From Phycisphaerae bacterium (GTDB lineage: Bacteria > Planctomycetota > Phycisphaerae > UBA1845): a stretch of 64,000 nt of DNA. Under the pieces are notes generated by a model that saw only the letters and a list, made by a program, of their open reading frames with translations, ran no database searches and was not told the origin of the DNA. Positions 9,215 through 18,000 of this stretch are shown here, piece after piece. The stretch is taken from assembly GCA_963666835.2 (NCBI GenBank), contig CAXXGO010000001.1, positions 1,184,001 to 1,248,000 on the forward strand, written 5' to 3'. Every line of letters begins with the position of its first letter. Position 1 is the first letter of the stretch. A program made the translations under genes and the position numbers.

Positions 9215-11851
9215 TTAGGGCGTCGGGCCGTGAAACTCGAGCAGGAACAGGGCGAAATCGATAAGGTCGACGTCGCCGTCGTTGTCCAGGTCGGCGCTTG
9301 CCAATCCGCCGAGCATGATCGACCTGTAAGCCTCAACAACATGACTGCTGGAGCCGCAATCCAGCACCGCCGCGTCCGAGGCCTGCAGCCTGATCGTGTA
9401 GGCGCATGCCGGCAGACCGGCAGTGTCCCAGGTGGCCAGAAGCCCGGAGGCGTTCAGCATCGTTGGTCCCGCGATGACGTGCCAATCGTCATACGGCCCG
9501 CCGGTCACGGCCAGCGTCCAAGTGTCGAGGTTGTTGTCGAAGACTTCACCGTGAATCTCGATACTCGCTCCCGGCGCGAAGACCTCGCAGTTCTCTGGAG
9601 CGGTGAGGCGGGCAACTGGAGCGGTGTTGTCTACGGTGACTGTCAAGCTCGTGGTAGCTGCATTTCCGCACTCGGTTTCTCCGACTACCCGCAGTTCGTA
9701 TTCTCCGTCTGCAAGCCCCATCTCAACCGTACTCCAGGAGGCCAACCTGCCCTCGATTATCGGGGACGTATAGACGGCCGTGTGCGGATCGACCGGCCAC
9801 CAGGTTCCGCCGCCCGCCGGCCGGTAGCTGACGGTGTAGTCGGCGAAGCAGGACTGCGTCCAGGCGGTGCCATGGAAACACACCCAACCACCGTACACCC
9901 TGCCGTTCTCCGGCGTGCTGACTTTCAGGCTGTCGAATTCGGTGGGGTTGTAGACCAGGGTCGAGTCGCTTTCGCTCAGGCCACACTCGTTCTCGGCGAC
10001 GATGCGGACGTCGTAAAAGTCCTGCGTGAGGAGGCTTGTATCCCAGTTGTACAGCACTCCGGATCGTGCCCCGAAAGCCGTAGCTACGTCGACCCAGCTT
10101 GAAGTGCCGCTACGTCGGGTTTCGAGCCGATCGCGCACGTACGTTCCGTCCGGGTCATCGACCGAGCCGGTGATATCAATCGAACCGCACGCGCACTCGA
10201 GGGCGGCGGGCGAGTCGATGCTCACCACCGGCGGTGTGGTGTCGCCGCAAGAAGCCCCCGCGGAGCCCGGGCGGTCAAAGTAGATTGTGCGGAAGTCGGG
10301 ATCGAGGCTGAGGTACATCGCGCCGTGGCTGAAGAGCTCACCGGCCAGCGGCGGAAGATAGCCGATTGCGGTGTCACTACCGGTGTACACGTCGTAGTCG
10401 TTGAAGATGGTCGGGTCGCTCCAAGCGCCGGGAGCGAAGCCGGCGCGTGTGCGGTAATACATCGGATCGAACTCGCCGGCTTCAGCCTGGTAGATGATGG
10501 CGGTACCCGCGCCGTTGCGTGCATCGACATCCGGTTCGAAGTAGCCGAATACACTAGAACCATCCGGAACGGCGAGTGTGCCGGGACTCCACGAGGCGCC
10601 GCAGTCGTAGCTGATCCCGTAGCGGATCCCGGTGCCATTGCTATACGGATACTCAAAGGCACACATAATAGCGTCCTCATAGGCTGAGATAGCCGTGGTT
10701 CGGAAACTGCCGGCTCCGGTCTCGATCGTCCAGTCGGTCCAACCGGTTTCACTGTGCCCCAAGACGTGGATGTTGCCGTCATTGCCCGTGTACGATACGT
10801 AGATAAACTCTGCGCAATTATCACGGTTGTTGTCCCAGGTCATATCCAGCCCGAACTCGGGGTTGCTGCCGGCGGGGGAATCCTCGACGAAAGTAGTGCC
10901 GTCGTCGGCTGCATCGTAAGCCCAGCGCAACACGTCGTTGTCCTGGATGATCGCGTAGTAGATGCGATTGTCGAAGTCGTCGGCGTTGGAAGCTAGCGCC
11001 ACCTCTTCAACCGCATTCGCGCCGGCATCGAAAACCAATTGATATCCGTAGCTGCCGTCGATTCCACCGGTGCTCACCAGGCAGCGCCGAATCCGCGCCT
11101 CGTCAGTAGTGTTGCCGGCAACATAGGCGACGTAGACGTAGTCGTCACTAACGGCGCAATCCACATCGATCATGCCGACTGAGCTCGAAAACGAGTACGA
11201 CTCGGACCACGTTAGGCCGGAGTCGACAGAGATACTAATGCTCCAAGCGCTGTCCCCCGTTGTCGATCCCCAACGGACGGCGGTAAACAGGTTGCCGCTC
11301 TCGGCATCGTAGTCGAGGTTCATCGTCTGGGCCTTATCACGTGTCCCGCCGATACGGCGGTCGAGTCCGCGCGAGCCCGACAACGCCCGCGGGACTTTCC
11401 AAGCAATCCCCAACCCCAGGGGTGCTGCGGCTTCCTCCAGCTTGCGTAACTGCGCGAGCGCAAGCTCGTAGTTTCCGCGGTTCCACAGGGCGGCGATACT
11501 CGTAGCCGCCTCGTGATCGGCGTTGCTTGCCGCGCTGCCCAGCTCCAGCTCGATGTGTGCGTTGGCGCGTTCGTCGAGCGTCAGATTGGCCAGTTGCTCC
11601 CACAGCGCCAGGGGCGTATCGACAGGCTCCCGCTCCGCGGCGGTATCGCGCACGTCAACCAGGTCTGAACCGGGACGGGCTCCCACGTCGATCGGGTACA
11701 ACGCGTCGTCCAATCCCGACGATTCGATCGCTAATCCTGCACTGGCGCCGGACTGATCCTCCTGGGCGACAGCGAGGCCGCCGGCTCCCGCCAGCAGAAG
11801 TAAAACCACGGAAGAGGCACAGACTCTCCCCGTCGACAGGGCGGTTAACAT
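9215..11851 (-). CDS. Large secreted protein with BNR-like motifs, three Ig-like repeats and a C-terminal dockerin/EF-hand-like motif
   Basis: AAGGAG SD, signal peptide, SVDSGLTW and SYDCGASW Asp-box-like motifs, repeated DxTxP...LxxWDT..L..G.Y.IR units, ADLDNDGDVDLIDFALF end. Confidence 0.75.
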   Translation of the reverse strand: MLTALSTGRVCASSVVLLLLAGAGGLAVAQEDQSGASAGLAIESSGLDDALYPIDVGARPGSDLVDVRDTAAEREPVDTPLALWEQLANLTLDERANAHIELELGSAASNADHEAATSIAALWNRGNYELALAQLRKLEEAAAPLGLGIAWKVPRALSGSRGLDRRIGGTRDKAQTMNLDYDAESGNLFTAVRWGSTTGDSAWSISISVDSGLTWSESYSFSSSVGMIDVDCAVSDDYVYVAYVAGNTTDEARIRRCLVSTGGIDGSYGYQLVFDAGANAVEEVALASNADDFDNRIYYAIIQDNDVLRWAYDAADDGTTFVEDSPAGSNPEFGLDMTWDNNRDNCAEFIYVSYTGNDGNIHVLGHSETGWTDWTIETGAGSFRTTAISAYEDAIMCAFEYPYSNGTGIRYGISYDCGASWSPGTLAVPDGSSVFGYFEPDVDARNGAGTAIIYQAEAGEFDPMYYRTRAGFAPGAWSDPTIFNDYDVYTGSDTAIGYLPPLAGELFSHGAMYLSLDPDFRTIYFDRPGSAGASCGDTTPPVVSIDSPAALECACGSIDITGSVDDPDGTYVRDRLETRRSGTSSWVDVATAFGARSGVLYNWDTSLLTQDFYDVRIVAENECGLSESDSTLVYNPTEFDSLKVSTPENGRVYGGWVCFHGTAWTQSCFADYTVSYRPAGGGTWWPVDPHTAVYTSPIIEGRLASWSTVEMGLADGEYELRVVGETECGNAATTSLTVTVDNTAPVARLTAPENCEVFAPGASIEIHGEVFDNNLDTWTLAVTGGPYDDWHVIAGPTMLNASGLLATWDTAGLPACAYTIRLQASDAAVLDCGSSSHVVEAYRSIMLGGLASADLDNDGDVDLIDFALFLLEFHGPTP

Positions 11852-12395
11852 AGCAGTTGCTCCTTTCGCATCACTTTCCGGCAGGTATCAAAATGACCTA
11901 CCAAGTGCTGTTTTCCAAGAAAGCGGTCGAGTTTCTCCCTCCCCACCTCTTACGAAGGTTGAAGATCCCGGCGGGCCGAGAAGGGGCCGGAAGAGAATCC
12001 TCCACGGCGGGACTCGCTTCCTATCTTCATGCCCCTCTGGTAAGGAGGGAAGAATCTTGACCGGTTCTTCTGGAAACAGCACCAGAGCCCTCACGACTCC
12101 AGAATATCGCGTTCCGGGCGCTTTGTACAAGTCAAATCGCGGATTCCAGTAGGAATTGTCTTCCGGACAGGAAAGGCCTTGGTGCCGGTACCGCTTTCCG
12201 AGATATTGGGAAGCAGGCTCTCCAGCGATACTGCTCTGTGAACAACGTTGGGCTCTCTGGGCCCCGGTCAAGGCCCGCGCGGCCGCGGCGCCCACGAGGA
12301 GAGTACTGTTATGGGACGCGCACGGAACGCACGCCGGTTGAACCAGCACGGCCGGCCGATCCTGAGGTCCAGCCTTTTGCAGCGTAGGCCCGGCG

Positions 12396-13727
12396 TTACT
12401 GCTGGGCTGGGCGCGCAAAGAGAACCTTGCCGGCGACCAACAGCAACAGGGCAAGGACGGCCAGACCCCATTCGGATACCGTAGGGATTGCGTCGCCGCA
12501 TCCCGGGGCGAAGAGGTCATCGTCCGCGCCGGGGCAGACATCCACGCAATTGGCGACGCCGTCACCATCGTCGTCGGCATCCGACACGCCGCATCCGCAG
12601 ATACCGGGGACTTCCTTGTTCGCGTCCTGTGGACACTCATCGCCGCAAACGCCGTCCAAGCCGTCGCCGTCCTGGTCGCGCTCGCATGATAAGCCCACAC
12701 TGCTCGCGGTCCCCCCCAATGCCAGGCACGGACCCTCATCCAGTAGGGCGCAAGTGCCATCTGGAAGACAGCAGGGGGCTCGCAGGTCCAGGGCAATGCC
12801 GATCGGACTGCCGCCTGGCGAAGTGAGGACTACCTCAACGTTCGAGCCGTCAAGATCCGCCCGCTGGATCGTGCCCAGCTCGGAATCGGTCCAGTACATC
12901 TTGCCGGCCGCGGCATCCAATGCAATCTGCCGCGGCTCGGGCGTCCCGGCGGTAACGAGATCTTCCATGTTCGAGCCGTCCAAGTCAGCCCGGCGGATTC
13001 TGCCGGGCTGACTGCCCGCGCTCTCCACCCAATAGACCTTGCCGGCCGCCTGGTCGAGGGCGATCCCCTCGGGATACCAAAGGTCGCCGCTGTAAATGAT
13101 GTCCTCGTAATCCAACCCATCCGGGCTTGTGCGATATAGCGATGCGTGCATGGGAGCCGGCCCGCCGCCGCCCCAATCGGTTCCGTAAAACTTGCCGCTC
13201 GTCGAATCGAAAGCAATGCCACGCGGGTTCAGACCCAAGTATGTGGCTAACGCGACGTCCGATCCATCGAGGTTGGCCGAACCGAGGTGGGGGGCCGAAA
13301 TGAAGAAACACCCGGCAATCCACCCGCCGCTCCAATACAACCTTCCACCATCAGAGTCGACGACTATGCCCCACAATGGACGCCGTGCACACGAAAAAAA
13401 GTCGGGGCAGATCACAGGCGAGAAACCTATGGCCTCCGAGCCGTCCAGATTCGCCCGATAAATGTCATGGACGCCGGAGTCGTCGTACTGTGACTGGTTG
13501 TTCACCCAATACAGCTTGTTCGCCACCATATCGAGAGCGACACTCGTGGGGTTGAACGCTTCGGAGTCTGTGACGACCTGCTCAATGATGCTGCCATTCA
13601 ATCCAGCGCGATAGATGGCGTTGCTGGCGCCGTCGGTCCAATACAACCTCTGCCCGTGGGCAACTGGTGAACAGACGCCAATCACGAACAGACACCCGAC
13701 CATGCAGCAGACGTTTCGCGTATTCAT
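12396..13727 (-). CDS. Secreted YWTD (LDL-receptor class B) beta-propeller protein with IPTL-CTERM sorting signal
   Basis: Start reassigned to ATG 13727 (AGGAGG SD). Repeated LYWTD/KxYW..I.RA.LDGS units, Cys/Asp-rich linker, C-terminal IPTVSEWGLAVLALLLLVAG. Confidence 0.85.
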   Translation of the reverse strand: MNTRNVCCMVGCLFVIGVCSPVAHGQRLYWTDGASNAIYRAGLNGSIIEQVVTDSEAFNPTSVALDMVANKLYWVNNQSQYDDSGVHDIYRANLDGSEAIGFSPVICPDFFSCARRPLWGIVVDSDGGRLYWSGGWIAGCFFISAPHLGSANLDGSDVALATYLGLNPRGIAFDSTSGKFYGTDWGGGGPAPMHASLYRTSPDGLDYEDIIYSGDLWYPEGIALDQAAGKVYWVESAGSQPGRIRRADLDGSNMEDLVTAGTPEPRQIALDAAAGKMYWTDSELGTIQRADLDGSNVEVVLTSPGGSPIGIALDLRAPCCLPDGTCALLDEGPCLALGGTASSVGLSCERDQDGDGLDGVCGDECPQDANKEVPGICGCGVSDADDDGDGVANCVDVCPGADDDLFAPGCGDAIPTVSEWGLAVLALLLLVAGKVLFARPAQQ

Positions 13728-13938
13728 CTGACCCCTCCTGAAGAGAATACCGTCACGATACCGAACCTCGAATGTACAGCAGTACACACATTGTGGCATC
13801 CTGGCATCTGGAAGTCAACGTTTTCCCGTATCGGGCGGACAGATGCCCGTTTCTGAACGGAAACCGCGTTTTTCGGACCATTAGGGCGGATCCGTCGGAC
13901 GGGGCGGTAGAAGACCGCAGCTCCGGCTGAGGACCATT

Positions 13939-14139
13939 GCGACACGTTCCCGTCGGCCCCGCGGACGCCGTTTTGCCGCTTCAACCGCTCAAACAACTCC
14001 ACCGCCGACGGTCGACCGGCGGATAGAGAGCCTGAAACGCCTTGGTTTGGAGTGCCGAAGCCTGGGTAGGATCCGCTCCGCGGACCGTTCGGTGCGACGT
14101 TCTGTCCCGGGGTGGTCCGCACAGCGGACCCTGCCCCAA
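13939..14139. repeat. 201-bp direct repeat, copy A, containing an inverted REP pair
   Basis: Matches 16085-16285 with 2 mismatches by eye. Contains GTAGGATCCGCTCCGCGGACC (14066-14086) and inverted GGTCCGCACAGCGGACCCTGC (14114-14134). Confidence 0.95.
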
Positions 14140-14216
14140 CTCGGCGCGCAGGCGCTCCGTTGCGATCGACCGTCAGGAGTTTTGGTTGCCCCGCGAGATC
14201 GCTGTTGCCGTCTGAC

Positions 14217-14906
14217 CTACAGGATGATGTTCAACTCCAAGAGCTTCTCCCGCGCGGCTTCGAGGCCCGTGGTGTCACAGGCAGTGCGCTCGAGAACACG
14301 CCTATCCTCTTCGCTTAGCGTGATCGGTGCATGTGCGTTGTCCATTCTCCGGACGAACAGACGCTGGATCAACTCGATTTCATCATCAACCAGATCGAGT
14401 TCCTCGGTCCAACACTCGATCGCCTCCTTCGGCTCCAAGATATGGTTCCGAATCAACGCGCCACCATGCGCGATCACCGAATCCCAATCGTCAGCGGATT
14501 CAACTGGTCCATTTGTGCGATCGGCCCAGAAAGCCGTCGTGATGACCGGGATGGGCTTACCGTGGTATTCCTCGATCATGTACTGAAGCGCTTGACCGTA
14601 GGCCAATGACTGCAGGTTTGATGGCATGCCTTCGAAGTAGCGGTCAACATCATAGTGTATGTGTCTACGGAACGGACTGCGCTCGCTGTTGGTCTCAAAG
14701 AAGACCGCAACCAGTGCGGTCTCGGAGAACGCGATCGTCCCGTTCATACTCTGCCCATTCCTGACGCAGTAGTTCGTCCCGTCCATGGTCTGTTCGTGCC
14801 GAAAATCTGGAAATCGCGCAGTGCTAATACTGTGCGTGAGCATGGCAAGCATGGTACCGCGCCACAGCGTCGGATAATCGGGCAGCCTGTCAATGTTCCT
14901 GGCCAT
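14217..14906 (-). CDS. Hypothetical cytoplasmic protein, putative immunity protein
   Basis: 229 aa, acidic, no signal peptide, TAAGGA SD, directly downstream of the HNH toxin. Function is inferred from position only. Confidence 0.6.
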   Translation of the reverse strand: MARNIDRLPDYPTLWRGTMLAMLTHSISTARFPDFRHEQTMDGTNYCVRNGQSMNGTIAFSETALVAVFFETNSERSPFRRHIHYDVDRYFEGMPSNLQSLAYGQALQYMIEEYHGKPIPVITTAFWADRTNGPVESADDWDSVIAHGGALIRNHILEPKEAIECWTEELDLVDDEIELIQRLFVRRMDNAHAPITLSEEDRRVLERTACDTTGLEAAREKLLELNIIL

Positions 14907-14982
14907 GATCTGTCCTTATTCTCGCTTTACCAAGGTCTGTTTGTGCGCTTGGTGGAATCGGAGACGACCTCGTGCAGACTTG

Positions 14983-15981
14983 CTAGTGGTCGGATTTCAC
15001 CGTGTTCTCGGCACGAGATAGTACCTGTGCATTCGTGTAGCTATTCGTTCCGCCCTTGCTCTTCGGTACTACGTGGTCTACTGCCCACTCATTCGGTTCA
15101 TGCGTGCTTCCTGGCCTGCACGGAGTCGGCTGTGTCAGTTCGGCGCCTGACTTATCAGATCTGACGACTCCTCGGTTCCGTGATCTATTGGATGCTATGA
15201 TCTCCGCTCTCTGTGCGCGTGTAAAGTCCTTGCCCGCGGCAACGCCCGGTGGATCGGTTAGGTGACCGTAGAGGCCGCGCCTGGCCCAAAGGGCTGCCGC
15301 ACGAAGGCCGAGGCCAGATCCGATGACTCCGATACCCGCCGTAAAGGTGTCAAACACGCCGAGAGAGAGTTCATGATAATCCTGTGCATCTTGAATCTCC
15401 GCCTGCCCGTAGGCAAAGCCCACCGCGCTTGTTCCCAGACCCAGAGCTGCGAACAAAGCTGCCCCGGCCGGCCCGGATGCGACAATCGGAGCGCCGATGA
15501 GCACCGCTGCGAGACCTGTGAGACCCGTCAGGCCCGCATTCCTTGAGATCAAGATAGCGATTTCTGTGGCCGTGAGATCGTGTTTGTCGCGACTTCCGAT
15601 CAGGTCGATGGCGGTTCGGGTCGCGCCGATCATTGATCCGGAAACATACGCTCCGATGCTGACGGTAGCCAGAATCTCCCCCTTCGACCACAACCCACTC
15701 GGGTCCGTGCCGTTGCCGGGGTTGCTTTGCAGGTATTCGTAGAAGTTCATGCCGTCGGCGAATTGGAGTTCGTAGGCGGCGGAGACGGTGACTACGGGGT
15801 TGCGGGCCTGGTAGGACAGGGCCTGCTGGAGTACGATCCCGACGCCGTTGGGGTCGCGTTGCAGGAACCTGCCGGTTTCCGGATCGAAAACCGCCGACGC
15901 CGGGGTGACACTCCCGCCGAGCAGGATCGCCAGCAGCGTTACGATCGAGAGAAACCGCCGATTACGATGCATGAATCTCAT
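14983..15981 (-). CDS. Signal-peptide-bearing minimal Rhs-core polymorphic toxin with C-terminal HNH nuclease
   Basis: Signal peptide ending TPASA, then FDPETGRFLQRDP...DGMNFYEY..SNP...DPSGL, hydrophobic Gly/Ala helices, then VDHVVPKSKGGTNSYTNAQVLSRAENTVK. Confidence 0.85.
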   Translation of the reverse strand: MRFMHRNRRFLSIVTLLAILLGGSVTPASAVFDPETGRFLQRDPNGVGIVLQQALSYQARNPVVTVSAAYELQFADGMNFYEYLQSNPGNGTDPSGLWSKGEILATVSIGAYVSGSMIGATRTAIDLIGSRDKHDLTATEIAILISRNAGLTGLTGLAAVLIGAPIVASGPAGAALFAALGLGTSAVGFAYGQAEIQDAQDYHELSLGVFDTFTAGIGVIGSGLGLRAAALWARRGLYGHLTDPPGVAAGKDFTRAQRAEIIASNRSRNRGVVRSDKSGAELTQPTPCRPGSTHEPNEWAVDHVVPKSKGGTNSYTNAQVLSRAENTVKSDH

Positions 15982-17609
15982 TGTCTTGCTCCTTGTCGGG
16001 GGAATGACGGATGCGGTACGGTCGGGACGCTGTATGCGTTATACGGCGACCATTGGGCGTTCGAGCCGATGGGAGGCTCCGGCCGCGACACGTTCCCGTC
16101 GGGCCCGCGGACGCCGTTTTGCCGCTTCATCCGCTCAAACAACTCCACCGCCGACGGTCGACCGGCGGATAGAGAGCCTGAAACGCCTTGGTTTGGAGTG
16201 CCGAAGCCTGGGTAGGATCCGCTCCGCGGACCGTTCGGTGCGACGTTCTGTCCCGGGGTGGTCCGCACAGCGGACCCTGCCCCAATTGATTGCAGATGCC
16301 ACTGGGCGTTTGGCGCAACCGGGAAGTTGGACACCTGCGGGGGCGAACTCTGTTGCGTCTCGTCCCGCTTCTTCGGATATAGAATCGCCCGTGCGTAGCG
16401 TGCCAACGCCTCGTTACGCCGGTTCGTTTCCTCGAGCCAGGCGTTCATTGATGTGGGTGACCGGTTGTCGACGTCAAGGAAGTCGAACGCACTCGATGAT
16501 TGCGGAACGGGATACCCCGGTACCGCGAACGCACCGGTGGAAGTCGGCGGCCCGAATCCGGATTGCCGGCTACTGGCCGCATACGCCGTCGGCACGACCG
16601 GCATACCGGGCACCATCAGCCGCGGATCGGTCCAGCGCCGCCGCTCGTGCCTCTGATACGCATCCTCTACTTCCTGCGCGAGTCTCTCGGCCCGGCGCTG
16701 GGCCTCCAGGTTGGCAATCACTTGCGAGGTGTGGCGATATTGAAAGTTCGCCGCGTAGTTTCTGGGTGACAACTTTATGGCAGTTTCGTAGCAGTGCAGC
16801 GCATCGTGAAGCCGGCCGGAGAAGAAGAGGTTGTCGCCCCGCGTGGTCATGAAGACGGCCAGCTCCCCGCGCGGCGAGAGGGACTTCAGGAAGTTACTGC
16901 TGTCTCGCTCGGCGGCGTTCCACTCCCGCGGCCAGGTTCTGTAGGATTCGTCCGAGTAGCTGCCGTACCCGCGGCTTGTCCCTTCGATGTTGAATCGCTC
17001 GCCGGTCTCGGGGTCGTCCCAACGCAGAAAGCTGTGCTCGGCCGTGGTGACCAGCTTGAGCGGATACCCCAGTCGCCGCCCGATGGCGATATACAGCACC
17101 GGCATCGACGTACACGTCCCGCCGGTTCCTTCGAGCAAGCCGTTGATGAACAGGTCTTGAGACCGGGTGAAGTCGAAGCGATTGGGGTCGTCCTCCGGTG
17201 GGATCTGGTCCGGGTTGTAGCGGACGCCAAGGTCCTGCTGGAGGGTCATGGCCATCATGAGCATGGCGAACTCGCCCCAGGAGTGGTTGTACTCCTCCGG
17301 ATTCTGCTCGAAACGGTAGCGGTGCCGGTTCGTCTCGTAGGCGACGTATGCCGCCCAGGCGTCGAGTTTGGCGAGCAGGGCCTTGCGGTCGATGCGCTCG
17401 GAGCCGGGGAGTCCCTCGGTGCAGATGAGGTTCATCGTGGCGATGTCGACCTTGGCCAGGTCACGCTCGGGCAGGTTGATGAGTTCCTCGAGCGTCAGCG
17501 ACTCCTCGGGTATCTCCGCATCCGCCCGGGTCGTGCCAGGCTGGATCGCGGCCGCGAGGGCCAACACAAGGACGCCCGCTCGGTACGTTCTGACACACAT
17601 TATCCCCAT
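15978..17609 (-). CDS. Secreted transglutaminase-like (SirB1-type) protein with a TPR and a Pro/Ser-rich tail
   Basis: GAGGTG SD, signal peptide, DLFINGLL..GGTCTSMPVLYIAIGRRLGYPL...EHSFLRW...NIE (Cys-His-Glu), TPR-like ALHCYETAIKLSP; stop overlaps the toxin start (ATGA). Confidence 0.75.
   Translation of the reverse strand: MGIMCVRTYRAGVLVLALAAAIQPGTTRADAEIPEESLTLEELINLPERDLAKVDIATMNLICTEGLPGSERIDRKALLAKLDAWAAYVAYETNRHRYRFEQNPEEYNHSWGEFAMLMMAMTLQQDLGVRYNPDQIPPEDDPNRFDFTRSQDLFINGLLEGTGGTCTSMPVLYIAIGRRLGYPLKLVTTAEHSFLRWDDPETGERFNIEGTSRGYGSYSDESYRTWPREWNAAERDSSNFLKSLSPRGELAVFMTTRGDNLFFSGRLHDALHCYETAIKLSPRNYAANFQYRHTSQVIANLEAQRRAERLAQEVEDAYQRHERRRWTDPRLMVPGMPVVPTAYAASSRQSGFGPPTSTGAFAVPGYPVPQSSSAFDFLDVDNRSPTSMNAWLEETNRRNEALARYARAILYPKKRDETQQSSPPQVSNFPVAPNAQWHLQSIGAGSAVRTTPGQNVAPNGPRSGSYPGFGTPNQGVSGSLSAGRPSAVELFERMKRQNGVRGPDGNVSRPEPPIGSNAQWSPYNAYSVPTVPHPSFPRQGARQ
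16085..16285. repeat. 201-bp direct repeat, copy B, in frame inside the transglutaminase-like CDS
   Basis: Near-identical to 13939-14139; offset 2146 bp. Confidence 0.95.
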
Positions 17610-17792
17610 GATTCACCTCAATAGTTGACAAGAACTGCGATGCGTCTTTAATATTCAAGCCATCGGCGTGGTTCCTGCGCGGCTTTAGATAGGCGAGATT
17701 TTCGTCAATCGAGGTTGGATTGGCCGGACCCATGGAGATGTCGGTCCGCACGGTGGCGGAGGCGGAGTGAGGGAGCCTCCAACCGCCCGCGG

Positions 17793-18000
17793 GCCGGGTT
17801 CAGCCTTTTGTCACGTGGGGGATTCGCTATCGTGCTTTGATCGTTGCGATCACGATTAAGAAGGTGTCCGCCGCGCGGACTATCTAGTGCGACGTCCAGT
17901 CTCTGGTCCGCACAGCAGACCCTACCACGTAAGCCGGGGCCAGCCTTTTGTCGCGCGGGGGATTCCCTATCATGCCTTCATGGCCGCGATCACGATTCAG
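17793..18000 (+). repeat. Diverged duplication (period 140 bp) of the ABC-F promoter and start region, with a REP between the copies
   Basis: 17801-17860 versus 17941-18000 match at 50/60 positions by eye; REP TGGTCCGCACAGCAGACCCTAC at 17904-17925. Confidence 0.8.

Noticed and set aside
9020..10102. 360-aa plus-strand ORF and similar long antisense ORFs (18112-19410, 19756-21069, 43726-44910, 50745-52073)
   Set aside because: These are shadow frames opposite well-supported genes, expected in high-GC DNA.
13724..14122. 132-aa ORF as an independent gene
   Set aside because: It begins inside the 201-bp repeat with no SD. It is relevant only as a potential recombinant tail.
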